From Mytilus trossulus (Eukaryota): a DNA stretch of 64,000 nucleotides. This document shows, in pieces, positions 12,301 to 27,300 of the stretch; position 1 is the stretch's first letter; the number at the start of each line of letters is the position of its first letter. The notes under the pieces were generated by a model. That model had not been told where the DNA came from and did not search any database. It worked only from the letters and a program-made list of their open reading frames with translations. The stretch spans positions 20,832,001 to 20,896,000 of the forward strand of contig NC_086380.1 in the NCBI RefSeq assembly GCF_036588685.1, in the 5' to 3' direction. The translations under genes and the position numbers were made by a program.

Positions 12301-15300
12301 GTGTGAAAGGTCATTCAAGATTGGTATAGAAAAGCTTTTTATTGATTTGGACTTTCTGACCTACAACTGGGGTAAGTTTTAACAATACAAAATTCAAGCT
12401 TAAATTAAAGAAGTCTTGTGTGATTATTATACCCCTCCCTTTAACAAAAGGGGGGGGGGGGGGGCGTATACCGTTTTACCTCTGTCTGTCCTTTTCAAGG
12501 ATTTCTGAAATTTGGTTTCAGGGTTTATATAAGTCAACTATACCTTGTAATGTGTTTCAGCTTCATCAAGCAACAACTTCCTGTTTATCGAAATATTTCA
12601 ACGGGGGTATCATCAGTGAGAAGTAGCTCACAGTTTTACTTGTCTACTTCTACAATTTAAAAAGGAAACAATACATTTCTTTAAAATTGAGAATGGAAAT
12701 AGAAGAGAAAACAACCCACCAAAGAGTAAAAAAATCAGTTCATTGTGTAGTTTTATGTTGTATGACAATGTCATTGTGTAGTTTTATGTTGTATGACAAT
12801 GTCATTGTGTAGTTTTATGTTGTATGAAAATGTCATTGTGTAGTTTTATTTACAACATGCTGCTTAATTAAATAAAAAAATAATAAAAGAATAATTTTGT
12901 TTATTTTACAGGACAGAAAGATAGCAAAGATTTGTTAGATGCCTTGATATTTGAGTAAGTTTAACACATTGATAATAACTGATGTCCAATAAATATTGTT
13001 TGTGTGGTGAGCTGCTTAATATAATTTTTTTTCTGATTCTTGCTTCAATTTGACACTATCTGAAAAGGTAAAAAAATTATGTACTAGGTATATTATAACT
13101 GTTTTGTTTATAATGTACCAGAACAAGTGCTGTAAAAAGACCTGGCTTGAAAAAAGAAAAAAAAACAAAGTATGAACAGAAGAAGTTATGATAGAAGGAA
13201 ATATTTTATTCTTTTTTCCTAAAATTATGATATTGATCAATTTGTATTACAGTTTTCTTGTTGACTACAATGAAGTGGATGAGTATTTCCATGTAGACCT
13301 GAACATGAGCATGTACTTAGACAGAAGTGAACAGTATGTGACATTTGAACTCTTCAAGAGACAAGTTCTACCAATTCCTGCATGTGACTACGATACAAGT
13401 TATGCCGTACCAGGTAATTATGACGAGATTTTATAAATCAACAGAGGAGGAATGATAAAACTAAGAGATAAGACAGTTTTCCTTATTCTTACTCGATTTA
13501 ACCCTTTGCTGACTTGTTGATTATTTTTATTTAATCAACATGTGTTTTTTTAGATCTTAGTTCTTCATTGGTCAAAATTCCATTATGAAGTCAAATGATC
13601 TTGTCTTCCTTTGAAATTACTATTGTGACGTCATGAAAAAAGGTGGCCATGCCTGAGATGTCATAATTATTTTTTTGATAGATCATATATATTTTTTGCT
13701 AAAATTAACAGAGTGAGCCGCGTGGAAAATAGTCATATGAAATTGTAAATGAAGGTTTCAAAATTCAGAATGCCTGAAAGGAAAAATAAAGAATTTCATT
13801 TTTTTTTTAAAACTTTGGACTTTTTAGTTACTTATATTAATTCTCTTACCAATTTAGACTAGAATTAAAAATTTGTTTAAGTCAAAGTCAAGAAATAAAA
13901 TATTGATATAAAATCCAAAATCTAGATTATCATCAACACACACACAAAGAACAAACATTAATTATTATCAGTCAGGGGCGTTACTTAAACAAGTTATTTT
14001 TTTTAATTACTTAAATCAGTAATTTTTTATTTTAAAAATAATAAAATTACTTAATAGAGTTATTTTAATTTTCAATAGAAACATAGACTAAATGTAGTTT
14101 TCATGATTTTAAACAACATTTTATATCATAAAATAAAGAATTTATCAGATTTGAAAGGAGTATAGAGATAAAGGGTTACTTTGAAAATAATGACAAAAAT
14201 ATTACTTGAATGAGTTATTTTAAACATTTTTGAAAAAAATAGCAATTACACTCATCTGAGGCACATATGTATTTGATTTAGGTTACAAATTATAAATAAA
14301 TTCAGGTCTTAATTAATTTACAAGTATCTATCTATTTATATCAGTCTACTTTCAAGATTTTAGAGGAAAATGATAATTTAATAGTCCCAAGAGACCAATC
14401 TTTGACCCAGAAGCGTCGGTATGAAAGATAAGTGCGTCGGAAAGTTAATTAGTGTTTGTGAAGAATTAGTTTTTATATATCAAGGGAAAAATAACCAGAT
14501 AACTGTGAAAATTATTTAAAGCTAGTAAAATCTGTATTCTTGGACACCTATAAAAATATTATTTATAAAAATAACTTATATAAGTTATATTTAAATAAGC
14601 CTCGTTTTCAACATTACTTGTATAGGTAATTTTAATTGTTACTTGTTTAAGTAATGCCCCTGACTGATTATAAACAATTACATAACAATACAGAACATAA
14701 CAAATTTTTAAAATAAATTTGTCAAAAAAATATATATTTAAAGAGATACGCATTATATATAAAATCTTGTTATTTTCTTTAACATTTCCCCCCCTCCTAT
14801 CTATTTGACTGATGCGAAGGTTCAGTTTTAAATACTCAATACAATTTATATAATATGATATAAAATAACTTAATTTGGTGAACCTCTGGCCTGACGGTCA
14901 TAAAACTTTCGAGCATGAATTTTGTACTTAGACTCGAAAAATCAACCAATCAAATTGCTAGATTTCATGTTTTGAGCATGATTTTTGTGCTCAGAGCACT
15001 ACGTTTTAGCCTTCAAGGCCTGGACATGTACTGATATGATAATATTCCAACAAATAATAATCTTTATACTTTTAGGTTTCAACTTAAACAGTTGGTATGC
15101 TGAAGAAGATGTCAATACTGAAGGTGTCAATACTTTCAATACTTATCAGCACATACCCCTAGGATCACCACTGGAACCTGCTAAGACATCAAGTTTACCA
15201 TTACTGACCCCTGTAAAGGCATCAAGTTTACTGGAAGACCTGGAGATTGGTGAAATGATGTCTCCCTCACAATGTCAACCTTCAGGCATCAACTACAGTC

Positions 15301-18300
15301 CATCAGTCGGGGGATGGAAAAATGGTAAATAACTATTACTCCCTGTTTGATATACATGTATACTGTGGATTCATTTTTTATTTGTGGTGCATCAAGTGAT
15401 TTTATAGATAAAGGTAAACCACAAATTTAAGTGTTCAATGAAATACAAATTGTCAATAGTAAAATTGAGAATTGAAATGGGGAATGTGTCAAAGAGACAA
15501 CAACCCAACCATATAACAGACAACAGCAGAAGGTCACCAACAGGAAGAAATTCCGGCACCTGGAGGCGTCCTTCATCTGGCCTCTAAACAAATAGGCTTG
15601 CCTGAAAATATTGGTAAAACCACGAAATCAAATATCTGCAAAAATACAAATTTGCCTCAATCCACAGAATTGGTACCCACAAAAATAAATAAATCCATAG
15701 TAGCTGGAAATAAAAAAAGTAAGAAAATATAAAGGGGCATAGTCAATATTATAAAGAAACATAATGACCAAATAAAAGGATAAAAAAAACATTCTACAAA
15801 GAAAGCAAACAAAGCAAAACAAACCTTAAAAAATGGCGGGGACCGGTGGTGCACATGTAGTACCCATTACCTATCAGCCATGTTTAAAAGGTAAACAAAA
15901 AAGTGAATAATTATTAATAGAATGGAAAAACTATTTAGTATGTAAATCTTCAATATATTGCATTAGTAAAGCAGAATGTCAGCTTTGCAATTTCAGTTTG
16001 TAATTTGAAATAAAAAAAGAAAAATTATAAATTAGAACAGATTTATTAATATATTCCTGATTTTGTATATGTTTACAGCGTGTCCACTTGATGTTCCCAT
16101 GGCAACACTCCATCCATCAACGGTAGGATCTATTGGTGAAGTGTGTACAGCTGTTGATTTCTGTTCTGATGTTGATTTCCTGGGACGTCCATTCCACACA
16201 TACATTGACCTAGATCCATGTACAAACATTGGCAAAATTGGCATTGAACGATTTAATCTAAAGTTGAATTTGACTGATGCAACCATTTTTGGTAATTACC
16301 TTTTTAAATGGCATTCCTCATAAAAATAAACATATCTTTGTAATTACTGTAGAAAGATTAGGGATAATTATTAATAATAATAACTTACTGAGAGGGAGTA
16401 TTTGACCAGCTGTTGACTGTAGACTTACAATTTATTATGTAACTTACATATATTTTACCACAAGTTTGTTTACAAACCATAAAAAAAATTGTATAAAAAC
16501 TTTCATTTCATTTCTGGTGTTTTCTTTCTTGTTAAAAATATTTGTCAAGCATACTAATTTAATATTTTGTATAAATTGCAAAAATAAATCATTTTAATTT
16601 AAAAATAAAAAAATGCTGATAACGAAAATTTTGCTTTTTGTTGCAGGTGAGGAGAAAAAGTTTAATTTGAAAGGAGTTGTAAAGTTGACGTAAGTAGAAA
16701 TCCAATTTAATCATCAACTTTTTCAACAAAAAAGGAATAAACTAGTATTTTTTTTAATCTATTTGTACAAAAATGTTGATATTTACACCATTTTTAGAAA
16801 TATTACATTTCCTATTATGACTTTACAAGTTATAGCTATTTAGAAATCAGTCCTGCTTGAACTTTTGATGCCATACAACAATCATTTTTTCATTGTGGCG
16901 TCAGATATTTTGTATTATGACTTCAAAATTTTATGGGAACCTTTATGATGTCCGGTAATGGAGAACGATAAGGTGTATATTGATCGTTGATTTATCATCA
17001 TTACGATATTTTTGTCTTACAGATACAAAATAGAAACATTCCCAGTTGAGCGTCAATACAGAGTAAATCTTAAGATCCAGATATGTTTCAACAGTACCTC
17101 ACTATGTGAGATAGAAATGGATGCCTTCACTGATGCTATGATACCATGGAGACAATGTGCCTGGGATCTGCCATATTCAACAGCAGGTGAATAGACCTAA
17201 TTAAATGTGCCTTTGATTTACCAAGGAAGTCTTTTGACAAAAAATATCTTTAAACTAACCTTTTTGCTAGTTTTATGCACAAATAGGTCGATGTTTTGAA
17301 AGACTATCATACTGTTTTAAAACAACTTGATCAACAAAATATTCTTACTTTTTACAGTTGCAGATAAAAAAAATAAGTTTTTTTGTTACGGCTTTTGGTA
17401 CCAAAAAGTTATCATTCTTTAGACGACATATTTTATGGTAGTCAATACACAAAATAGCATTGTAATTTATACTTGATTGTCACTACACATATTAAATATT
17501 GAATAATTGTTATAATTTCAGGCTTTTCATTGGCTAGTCACCTCACCAGTATTGGCAAAACATCTGGACAGACATTCTCTTCTGAGGAAAAGACCGATTT
17601 GTTTAACTTACTTGGATTAAATTCCTATATTTTGGGAACACCTTGCACAGTGGCTGATTATTCACCAATCAGTGCAGAGAGATGGCAGAAAGGTAATGTA
17701 TTACTGTTTTTGTCTTAAGAGTTATTTCCCCTTTCCTCTGAATGGTTGACCTCTTTGATCATAGTTCATAATGCTTATGTTAAAGATTTTCTTTAAAAAA
17801 TTTTTTTTTTGTCAAAGCCCATACTGCATATTCGGCTATTAAAGGCTGATTGTTTACTTTAAATGAACTCCTTTCTAAGGATCACCATGACCTTCACCCA
17901 TCATCGCACTAAGATTGTGCAGACATTAGTTAATGAAGATTTGTTCAACTCTAATTTTATACTTGTACTTTTAACAGATTGTGCAGCAGACGTCACCTTG
18001 CCAACCCTCCCTGCCAATGCAGTGTGTAACATCCATGATAAATGTACTGCTGTAGATTGTTGTATGAACTCTGACTTCCTACAACAAGGTTTCCATTCCT
18101 TTGTTGAACTGGATCCCTGTAACCACAAACTAAACTTTGGTATAGAAAGGGTATCAGAAACAGTAGATCTCAATGGATATGCATTTGGTAAGTTACTTAT
18201 TTTATGTAGGTCAAATTGAAGAAGTTGCTAGTTAATGATGTTAGTTTCCAATGTTTTTATTTAATTTGTTACTTTTTACTTGATTTGTTGATTTTATGTC

Positions 18301-21300
18301 AATTTGTTGTATGATGCTATTTAATCACTATTATTTATTCAAAAATATGTATGATGTAAGAATTTTAAAGGATGGCAACCGTGTCTTGATAAATCTTGTT
18401 AAATTGTAGGAGTTGAACAGACGAAGACCTTGATGAATGTTGTCAGACTCACGTAAGTAGACCGAAATCTTGGAAATAAGGCATGAGAAATTGAAGAAAA
18501 ATATCATAGCAAAATCAATAAAATTTTTAAAATAAATTAAAAATTTTAAATGTTGAATTGATTTGATGGAACAAATCATAAATGACTTACTGTGGATTCA
18601 TTATTATTCGTTGGATACCAATTTTCGTGGAATTCGTGGGATCAGTTCAACCACGAAATTAAATGTTCAACGAATGACAAATTTTCTTATGGCTTGTATG
18701 CAGACTTCGGCAAAACCATGAAATCAAATATCCACGAACATGTAAGTTTTCCACAATCCACGAAAATTGGTACCCATAAAAATAAATGAATCCACAGTAA
18801 TTGAAAGAAGACATATGTACAGTACTAAGGAAGATAACAAAATATATTTCCCTTCTTGAAACATTGAGTCCTGTCATCAAAATAACCATATTACTTAATA
18901 AAAATACAAGGATAAAAAATTGATATGATATTGTATGATATTTCAGATATACTATCATAAACCTTCAGTCAGCAGGAAGATTCCAGCTGGATATGACAAT
19001 TAAGATATGTTTTGAAACATCAGGGTCATGTGACTTTGAAATGACCGTGTTCAGTGGTACACAGCTTCCTAAACAGTATTGTTTCACTGGTTCAACTTTC
19101 CTTGATTCAGGTATGTTGATATAATTGAAAAAGTCTTGCTTTAAATGGTCTAACTTGCTTTATTCTCCGTTGTGTTGGAACTTATGCTGTTTGGTTTGTG
19201 TGACCTATTTGTTTTCACGATTCTGCTACCAGATTTGTTTGCAGGGAGACTTTGATTTTCACTTTTTACACCTCAGTAATACAGTACCTGTTAAATAGAA
19301 ATAGTCATTTTTTTGGAAATTTTGCAGTTTTGAGTTTATATGTATTATTTAGTAAGATCTACAGTTAGGTCAATTTTATAATGCCTGAATATGCAGGTGA
19401 GTTATATCAGGCTCTTGTCATTTTTGCCAAACCAATTCTGTTGCAATTTGGCAATAATGAGAAAAACTTCAAATATTTCTGAATTTACTGTTTTCAAAAT
19501 GTGATAAGAAAGAAGATGATGTTGGTGTACATTAATTTATTGCAATTTTCATTTGCATAAATTTGCATATTTTATGTTGCAGCATTTTCACTGGACAACT
19601 TTTTAATGGCTGAGAATGAAGCTAAAGTTGATCCATTACCTTCAAAGGCAACAACCAAACTGTTACAAGATACTGGAATCAGTGACTACCTTCAAGTAAC
19701 CCCATGTGATCACTCTGTGTCACCTTTCACCACAGCCAATGGCAGACTTAATGATGGTAAGAACATGGTGTTCTTTAGCCTATAATTGTTTACTTATACA
19801 AATTGTTACTTTGATGGAGAGTTGTCTCATTGGCACTCATACTACATCTTCTTATATATTCTTACAGTTCACATGATTTTACCTGAATATTTGTTTATAT
19901 TTTCAATTGTTCTTCAAATTTCGACTTCAAGTTTCCTTGCCTGGTTTAAATATGTGTGAATTCAATTCTCCATATGAAAGTATGTAAATCTTGTAAAGTA
20001 ATCCAGAAAATTTGTACATATTTGTTTTTTTAGAATGTGGTAAACTTGAAGACTCCATTACTCTACCAGCAGACGTATCATTGAACATCCAATCAGATTG
20101 CACATCAGTTACCATGTGTTCTAACATTGGGTATATTGATAAGAAAATCCAGTCCAAAGTTAAAATTGATCCCTGTACATATGAAATCACTCTTGGCATT
20201 GAAACAATGGATGCTACTGTATCCTTGTTACATTTCCAGTGGGGGAAACCTCAATCCTTTGCCTTACAAGGAGGACTTAGAATGGAGTAAGTTTAATCTA
20301 GTGCAAAATAAAATATATATAATGCTTCAAGAATATTTATTTATTGAAACTTTTATTTGATCCTTGCCTCTGACAATAACTGAGACTTAGAAGGGTAATA
20401 TTGGTGATGGCAGCATACAGAATTGATAAACGTGATAATAAGGTGACACATATCTTGGTGACTATTGTTTTTGTGGATTTTTTAATCTACAAGATGAAAT
20501 TCAACAAAGCCTAATATTACTGTAAAACATACATGTCTCTGATATAAACAGATATTTGGGGCAAAAAAAATGTAGAAGCTTCAGCTCTACAGTTTTAGTT
20601 TTATCCTATTTTTGTGGTACTAATTTTTCTTTTTTGTTCTATTTTCCAGCTATGTGATCCATGATTTAACCAGTGAAGGAATGTACCTGGTATCTGTTGA
20701 CATTGGTCTGTGTATGGAGACTTCAGACAGAGACAGTTGTGATGTTAGGCATACAGTATTAGATAACGTCAAACTACCAAAGAAGTCCTGTAACTGGAAC
20801 AATGGATTTGCATTCTCTGGCAATCCAAGTAAGAAAAGTCAAAGTTATGTTCAAAATGTTTCTTTTCATTGCTATTCAATAACAAATGTTTTTTTTTTAA
20901 TTATGATTTTTTTCAAACATAATGGAGATAAGATAAAGATTTCTTTATGATCTTTCATCTGAAATATGACTATTAGTGTTTATCAGTAGAATGCAGTGCC
21001 AGTATTGCTTGTATAAAGACATTTGTATTTATAAACTCTTGTGGTAAATGCATGTGGAATTTAAACCAGAGTTCCAATGAAGATTAAATTTTGGCCAAAC
21101 AGAAAGAACTATTATATATTTTTTTCTCTTAAATTATTCAAATTTTATGTTTAACTTTTTAGACACATATTCTTCTTTTTTTGAAGAAATTTGACTACGT
21201 TTTTCATTATTTTAGGTTTTGATTTGACAACCTGGCTATCAACTAACAGTTATACAGACTCAAATCCTTTGTCAGAACTTGTTGTCGTTGAACTTAAAAG

Positions 21301-24300
21301 ATTCTTACAGTTTGACGATTATATACAGCCTAGTCAATGTGTGTCATCTGTTGCACCTTATACACCGGTCAACTCTGAAGGCTGGGCTATTAGTTCAGGT
21401 AAGAAATATACCAACAATTTCTTTTCATAAATAAAAAAAACTAGCCAATACTTGCCATCGTCTCCATCTTATAAACTAGGCAACTTTGAAAACTTGACTC
21501 TTTAGTTCAGATGAGAAATATTTCAAATCACTCACTGTCTAAATAAAAAATCATGGACAAAAGTATATTGATAAAATTGGTAGTGCAGGCATTGTTTGTT
21601 CATAATTCTACATACATTGATTTTCAAAAATGTCTTTTGTGAGAGAACTACTTTGTCTTTCTCTAATTAAACAGTCATGTATTTTCTTAATAGGATGTCG
21701 GAATGCACCAACACTCACCACACTACCTGGTTCTGGTATTGTATGTAACCTTGGTGACAGCTGTACTAAGATTGACTGCTGTGTTGACATTGCCAAGTTA
21801 GATACGACCTTCAGAGTGTATGCTGACCTTGATGTGTGTAGTAAGGAGTTTACAGTTGGTGTAGAGAATTTCAACAGGACTGTATCCCTGAATAGTTTCC
21901 AGTATGCACAAGAAGATACTTTCTCTTTTGGAGGACTTGTTAATATTAAGTAAGAACAATATTTACATTGAATTTAAGATTTCATTTCATCTTCCTAAAA
22001 AAGATTATTTTGTTAAACTGTCATTTTGTATATTTTAAGAATTATTTTAAATGATGATGAAATTCAAATGTTACTACCGAAACCACTTAAGACCAAGTGA
22101 AATTATTTTTATAAGCTGCAAATATTTTATAGCTCAAATTTTTAGCAAAAAGGGTTAAAAATATCAAAAATTTATCAATGCATACTTAAATACTGAAAGG
22201 GATAAAGACAGTATTTAAAAAAAACCTTTTTTTTAAAGGATAGATTTACTTTTATATGATGCTTTACTCAATGACTGGGCTTACATTGTAACCTTCCTTT
22301 AATCCAAAATGCAGTATGTTTCAAATTATTTTAACCTGTTTTCCAGATATAAAGTAGTGAACTACCAGAGTGAGAGAGTGTTTGTAGTCAATATGGACAT
22401 TGAAGTATGCTATTCTGCTGCTGGACCATGTTCAGTACAGCACAAGATACTTACCAATGTCAAGTTACCCAAATCTTCATGTAACTACAGCCAGCCATAT
22501 GCCATTCCTGGTAAGAATATTAAAGAATTGTGATTAAGTTAAATAAAATGAAAATAAACTTAACGACTTTTCCATGAAAAAATGTCTGGAATGTTAGAAC
22601 AACTTCAAGTATTTCTTTCTGTGGGTGTTAAGGGTGGACACATGAATATGATTCTGTTACAAATAAAATTAAAATTGTGGGAAATGGGGTATAAAACAGG
22701 GTCTTCCAACCCTCTCATACATTTTCCCTAGAATACCCCTAATTTAGTAATATTTTGGTTAAAGATAACAGACTCACTATATTTATGTCCATTAGGGGTC
22801 AGCTGAAGCATGTCTCTAGGTGCAGGATTTTCTCACTGTATTGAAGACCAATTGGTGGCCTTTGGCTGTTTCTGCTCTTTGGATGGGTTGTTGTTTCTTT
22901 GACACACTCCCCATTTCTAATCTTTATTTTATTGAATATTTATATGCATATTCCTAAATCTCAATTGTAGTACTCATACTAATATATTGATTTATTTTAC
23001 AGATTTCTCATTGGTGTCTTACATGAGTGAGTTAGAAGTTGACACAAATGTCAATCAGCTACCAAGTTGGGCTGTTGACTTACTGATGGAAGAATTAGGA
23101 ATAGCAGGTTTCCAAAAAGAACCTCAGTGTGAATTGTCAAGCTACTCTGGAGCTCTAGCAAATGGATGGGATTCAACAGGTTAGGTTTATTTATCACCAA
23201 AGTTATCTCTGGCTATACCTTAAGATGAGAAATAATTCTGCTACAAATTATAATTATCTTTGAAGTTAATTGACAGACTTCTTGTTACAGCTAATTTTCT
23301 AAAGCATGTAGAGCAAGACTTAAGTTAGCTTGCTTGATTTTTTTTTATATTGTATAATCATTAGGATAACACCTAATTAAATTCAAATATTATATATACA
23401 GGTAAAACTATGCCTATATATATTGTTTAAAGATGTCAATCTTATTTACAAAGCTTGTATAAACAATAATACAAGCAAAGCAAGCAAGCCAACCAAAGTT
23501 TTGCTTTACATGCATTAGGAAATTAGTGTAATATGAAAACATTAATAAAACTATTTAATAAATGCATACTTTACTCAAGAAAAATAAACCACAAAAAGTT
23601 TGGTGTGTAACCCAAAGAAAAATATAAGGGCATGTAATAGCATGATGAAAGACCCATTTGTGGCCTTTTGGACGTTTTTCTGCTTTTGGTCAGGTTAATG
23701 TCTCTGACACATTTCCCATTTCCATTCTAAATTTCAATTTTATAATTTAAAGCAAATACTAGAGTCATAATAATGTGTCTAATACAAGGTAGGATGACAG
23801 ACATTCCTGCTGGCAGTTACCTTTCGAATTGTGAACTAGCACTTTAAAAATTTGAATCTGCATGCATGTCAGTCTTGTTGAAAGATTGGTTCCTATTCAT
23901 ATCACATTTTTACATGGGTCTAATATGCATGACCTAGTTGCCACAAGATGTTAGTCATTAATTAATCTAATCATCAACATATTAATTTGTCTTAAAGTAC
24001 ATTTGCAACCTATTATTTTTCAGCTTGCGGAGAACTTATAACACTACCACAGTTACCAGCCTATACACGATGCAGGTTACCAAGTTACTGTACTGGTGCC
24101 CAGTGCTGTTCAAACATTGGTTATCTTGGGAGAAAGTTGGAAGCCTTTGTTTTGGTGGATCCATGTAGCTACTCTGTCAGCATTGGACTGGAGAAAAGAA
24201 ATATCAATGTTACATTACTGGAATTTACACAAGGCAGTTGGCAGATGGTCACTTTAGGCAATCTACTCAGACTTCAGTAAGTTTTTTGTGATGATATACA

Positions 24301-27300
24301 TTAAACAAGCATTTTATTTGATCAAATGTAGAAAATTAAAAAAATTAAACAAAAGATATATTTTTAATGTTTTTTTGTTTTTAAAGTTTTAAACTATACT
24401 TCAGTTTTAGCACTAGAGAGACATTAAAATGTATAAAGTTGAACAGTCATGTACCCCAAGAAAAAATTTAATCTTCATGTTGTTTATCATTCAAATTATT
24501 TTTGATTCTAGGTACAAAGCCGAGGAGCTGACAGCTGAGAAGGTTTACTTGTTGTACATGACAATCAGTATATGTTTTGAGACTGTAGGAGATTGCCGTT
24601 ATACTTACACTGTATTTGATGGTGTAAAGATTCCTAAACAACCGTGTGACTGGACGGGAGGATATGCTATACCAGGTCTGTATAATGATGTTTATCATCC
24701 TTCCCTACGCCAATATCACCCTGCTCTGTCGCTCCTAAATTCTTGTATAAAGACTTCAAAACAAGACCAGGCATTATCAGCAACGTTACAATGTGAAAGG
24801 AGAAGTTATCAGCGACATCACAATGCGAGAGGAGACTTTATCAAGCTTGCTTTTTCGTCAAGCGTAAAACTGTCTTAGGGAGAAAGAAAAGACCATTAAA
24901 AAAACAATAAAAAGATAATTGGGTTTTCTTTGTATAAATATCATAAAATATCAATGTGTAGAAAACCCAATAATCTATAAGTAAAATATTACACTAGACA
25001 CATCTTTTTGGACTTAATTTTGTAAAACAGAATTCAACCTAAAAGATGTACAGAAAACTTTAGTTTGGGATTTTCATGAAAACAATGCAATAATTTGATA
25101 TAATGTTATGTTTTGATAACACAAGATGTTTTGTTTTGATATCGGTACTTGAGCAAAAATGTAATGAAAATGTGCATTATCCCTGTTTCATATATCCCTC
25201 AGTAAAAGTGCAATCAACAACTAATCCTCAATTTTAAGTTGTCGTTAATGTACTATGAGAGGGATAATTTAATATTTTAACATTGGCTCCTAAAACTGTT
25301 TGAATTGAAAAAAAAATGCATTCAAATTTTTTTTAGGTTTTAATTTGAATTCTTACCTGACTGGACAAGGATATTCCACAAGTACACCTCTGAACTCATT
25401 AGTATCCTCACAACTCTTGGAATACCTGGGAGTAGCCAGTCTGCTGAAAACAACAGCTGATCAGTGTCAAATGTCTGACCCTCTTTATTCATCGCCAACT
25501 AATGGCTGGACAAAAGATGAAGGTAATCAATGTAAACTAATAGATGTTTAATTATGTAGGTCAACTTAACATATTTGTTGCATTACAAAGTTACAAAGAC
25601 TGAATTTGACACTTATTTTTTTTTATTAAAATTAGCATGAAAAAAAAGTTTGTAAATTAATACTTTCCATCTATTTAGATGAAATTGTCTATTTGCAGCT
25701 TATATATAGTGGAAAATATGAATACAACAACATTAATGTCTTTGTTTCATCGCTTTACTTGGGAACAACAGAATGCTTTTATTATGATAAAATCCACCTA
25801 CTTTTACAAGCTTTGGAATGCATTGCTTGGAATCAAAAAACTAAAATTCAGTAAAATTTTAAAACACAAAAAAAATGTTAAAAAATTCTGTACTATGTTA
25901 TGTGTTATATGAAAATTGAAAGATTTACAATTAATAAATTGATGCATTTGATGTACAAAGAAAAGAGAAATGTATGGAAATAGACTCAACCCAGGCTTTT
26001 AACTTTAATATGATTCTCAGAAGGATTTCAAATGTAGAGAACAAAAATGAAAATTGTGTAGCTCGTTTTTTTTCCACATCTATTTTGAACAGGAGTTAAT
26101 CTTGAAAAAAACGTTGATGATGTCACGGTCACATGACAAAATGATGTCTATGTGCAGATGGACAAAACTCAATCAGCCAATCAGAAGATGAATTACATCC
26201 AAAATTAAATTATATATTTATGTATTGCAGGTTGTACATCAGCCGTAGATCTACCAACTCTAGGAAGTAATAGTGTTTGTCACTTGTATGACACCTGTAC
26301 CGGTATATCATGTTGTCTCCATTCTAATACTGTTGAAAGAAACTTCAATGTCTACCTCAAACTGGATCCCTGTACTCAGAAACTTGATATTGGTATAGAA
26401 AAGTACCAGTTTGACTTTTCACTATACACCTTTGCATTTGAGACGACACAATATTTCCATATTGATAGAGTTATTGAAATTGAGTGAGTAGATTTGTTAT
26501 TTCTTTCAAATATAAATCTAATATTTTTTGCATGTGAAATTTTTCTTTATATTATTTTATGTATTGATGTTTTGCATATTTGCAATTTGTTTATATATGA
26601 TACAGATGGATAATTACATTTACCTTAAATAGAAAAAACAATCAATGAGTTCTACACTTTTTGAATTTAAATGTATTGTTTTGATTATTTAAGACTTTCT
26701 TGCATATTTTTCAATTTTAATATAGAAATGTAATTTATACATAAGTTTATATATTTTTACTTTTTAAATAATAATATGAAACTCTCTAATAAAAAGACAT
26801 AATATTTTGTATTTATTTCTCAACAGGTACAAAATAACAGATTTGGTTGGTGAAATGGTCTATCTTGTGGATATGAAAGTTAAGATTTGCTTCAATGATC
26901 CAACACCATGTGACCTGCAAGATACAATAGTTCTGAATACCAAATTACCTAAGATGGTGTGTCCATGGTCTAGAGGATATCCAGACCCAAGTATGAAACT
27001 ATAGTTATATCATGCATTATAAATTCATTTTTACATGTAATAAAGATTGACCATTTAGAGTTGAAAATTTAAACAGAATTAAATGTTTAGTGTTATTTAT
27101 AAAAAATATTAATTTGAATATGAAAAAAACTTTATAGTAAGGGTTTTTTTCAAGGATATTTTCAAGGACATTGCAGAAAAAGATTTTGGTTGCAGAAAAA
27201 GATTTAATCCAAATGTACCATTATTTTTCAGGTTGGTCCCTAAATCAGTGGTATTTGGACAATTCTTTGACACCAGGATCTAATTTGGACCCCTCTGCAG

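Noticed and set aside
13971-14894. Possible TIR element (gtcagg...cctgac) in the long AT-rich intron
   Set aside because: The inverted match is only ~6 bp and I could not define a TSD.
17901-18173. Minus-strand ORFs overlapping exons (e.g. 17901..18173, 10479..10790, 21608..21874, 43740..44174)
   Set aside because: Antisense shadows of the + strand exons with no independent coding signal.
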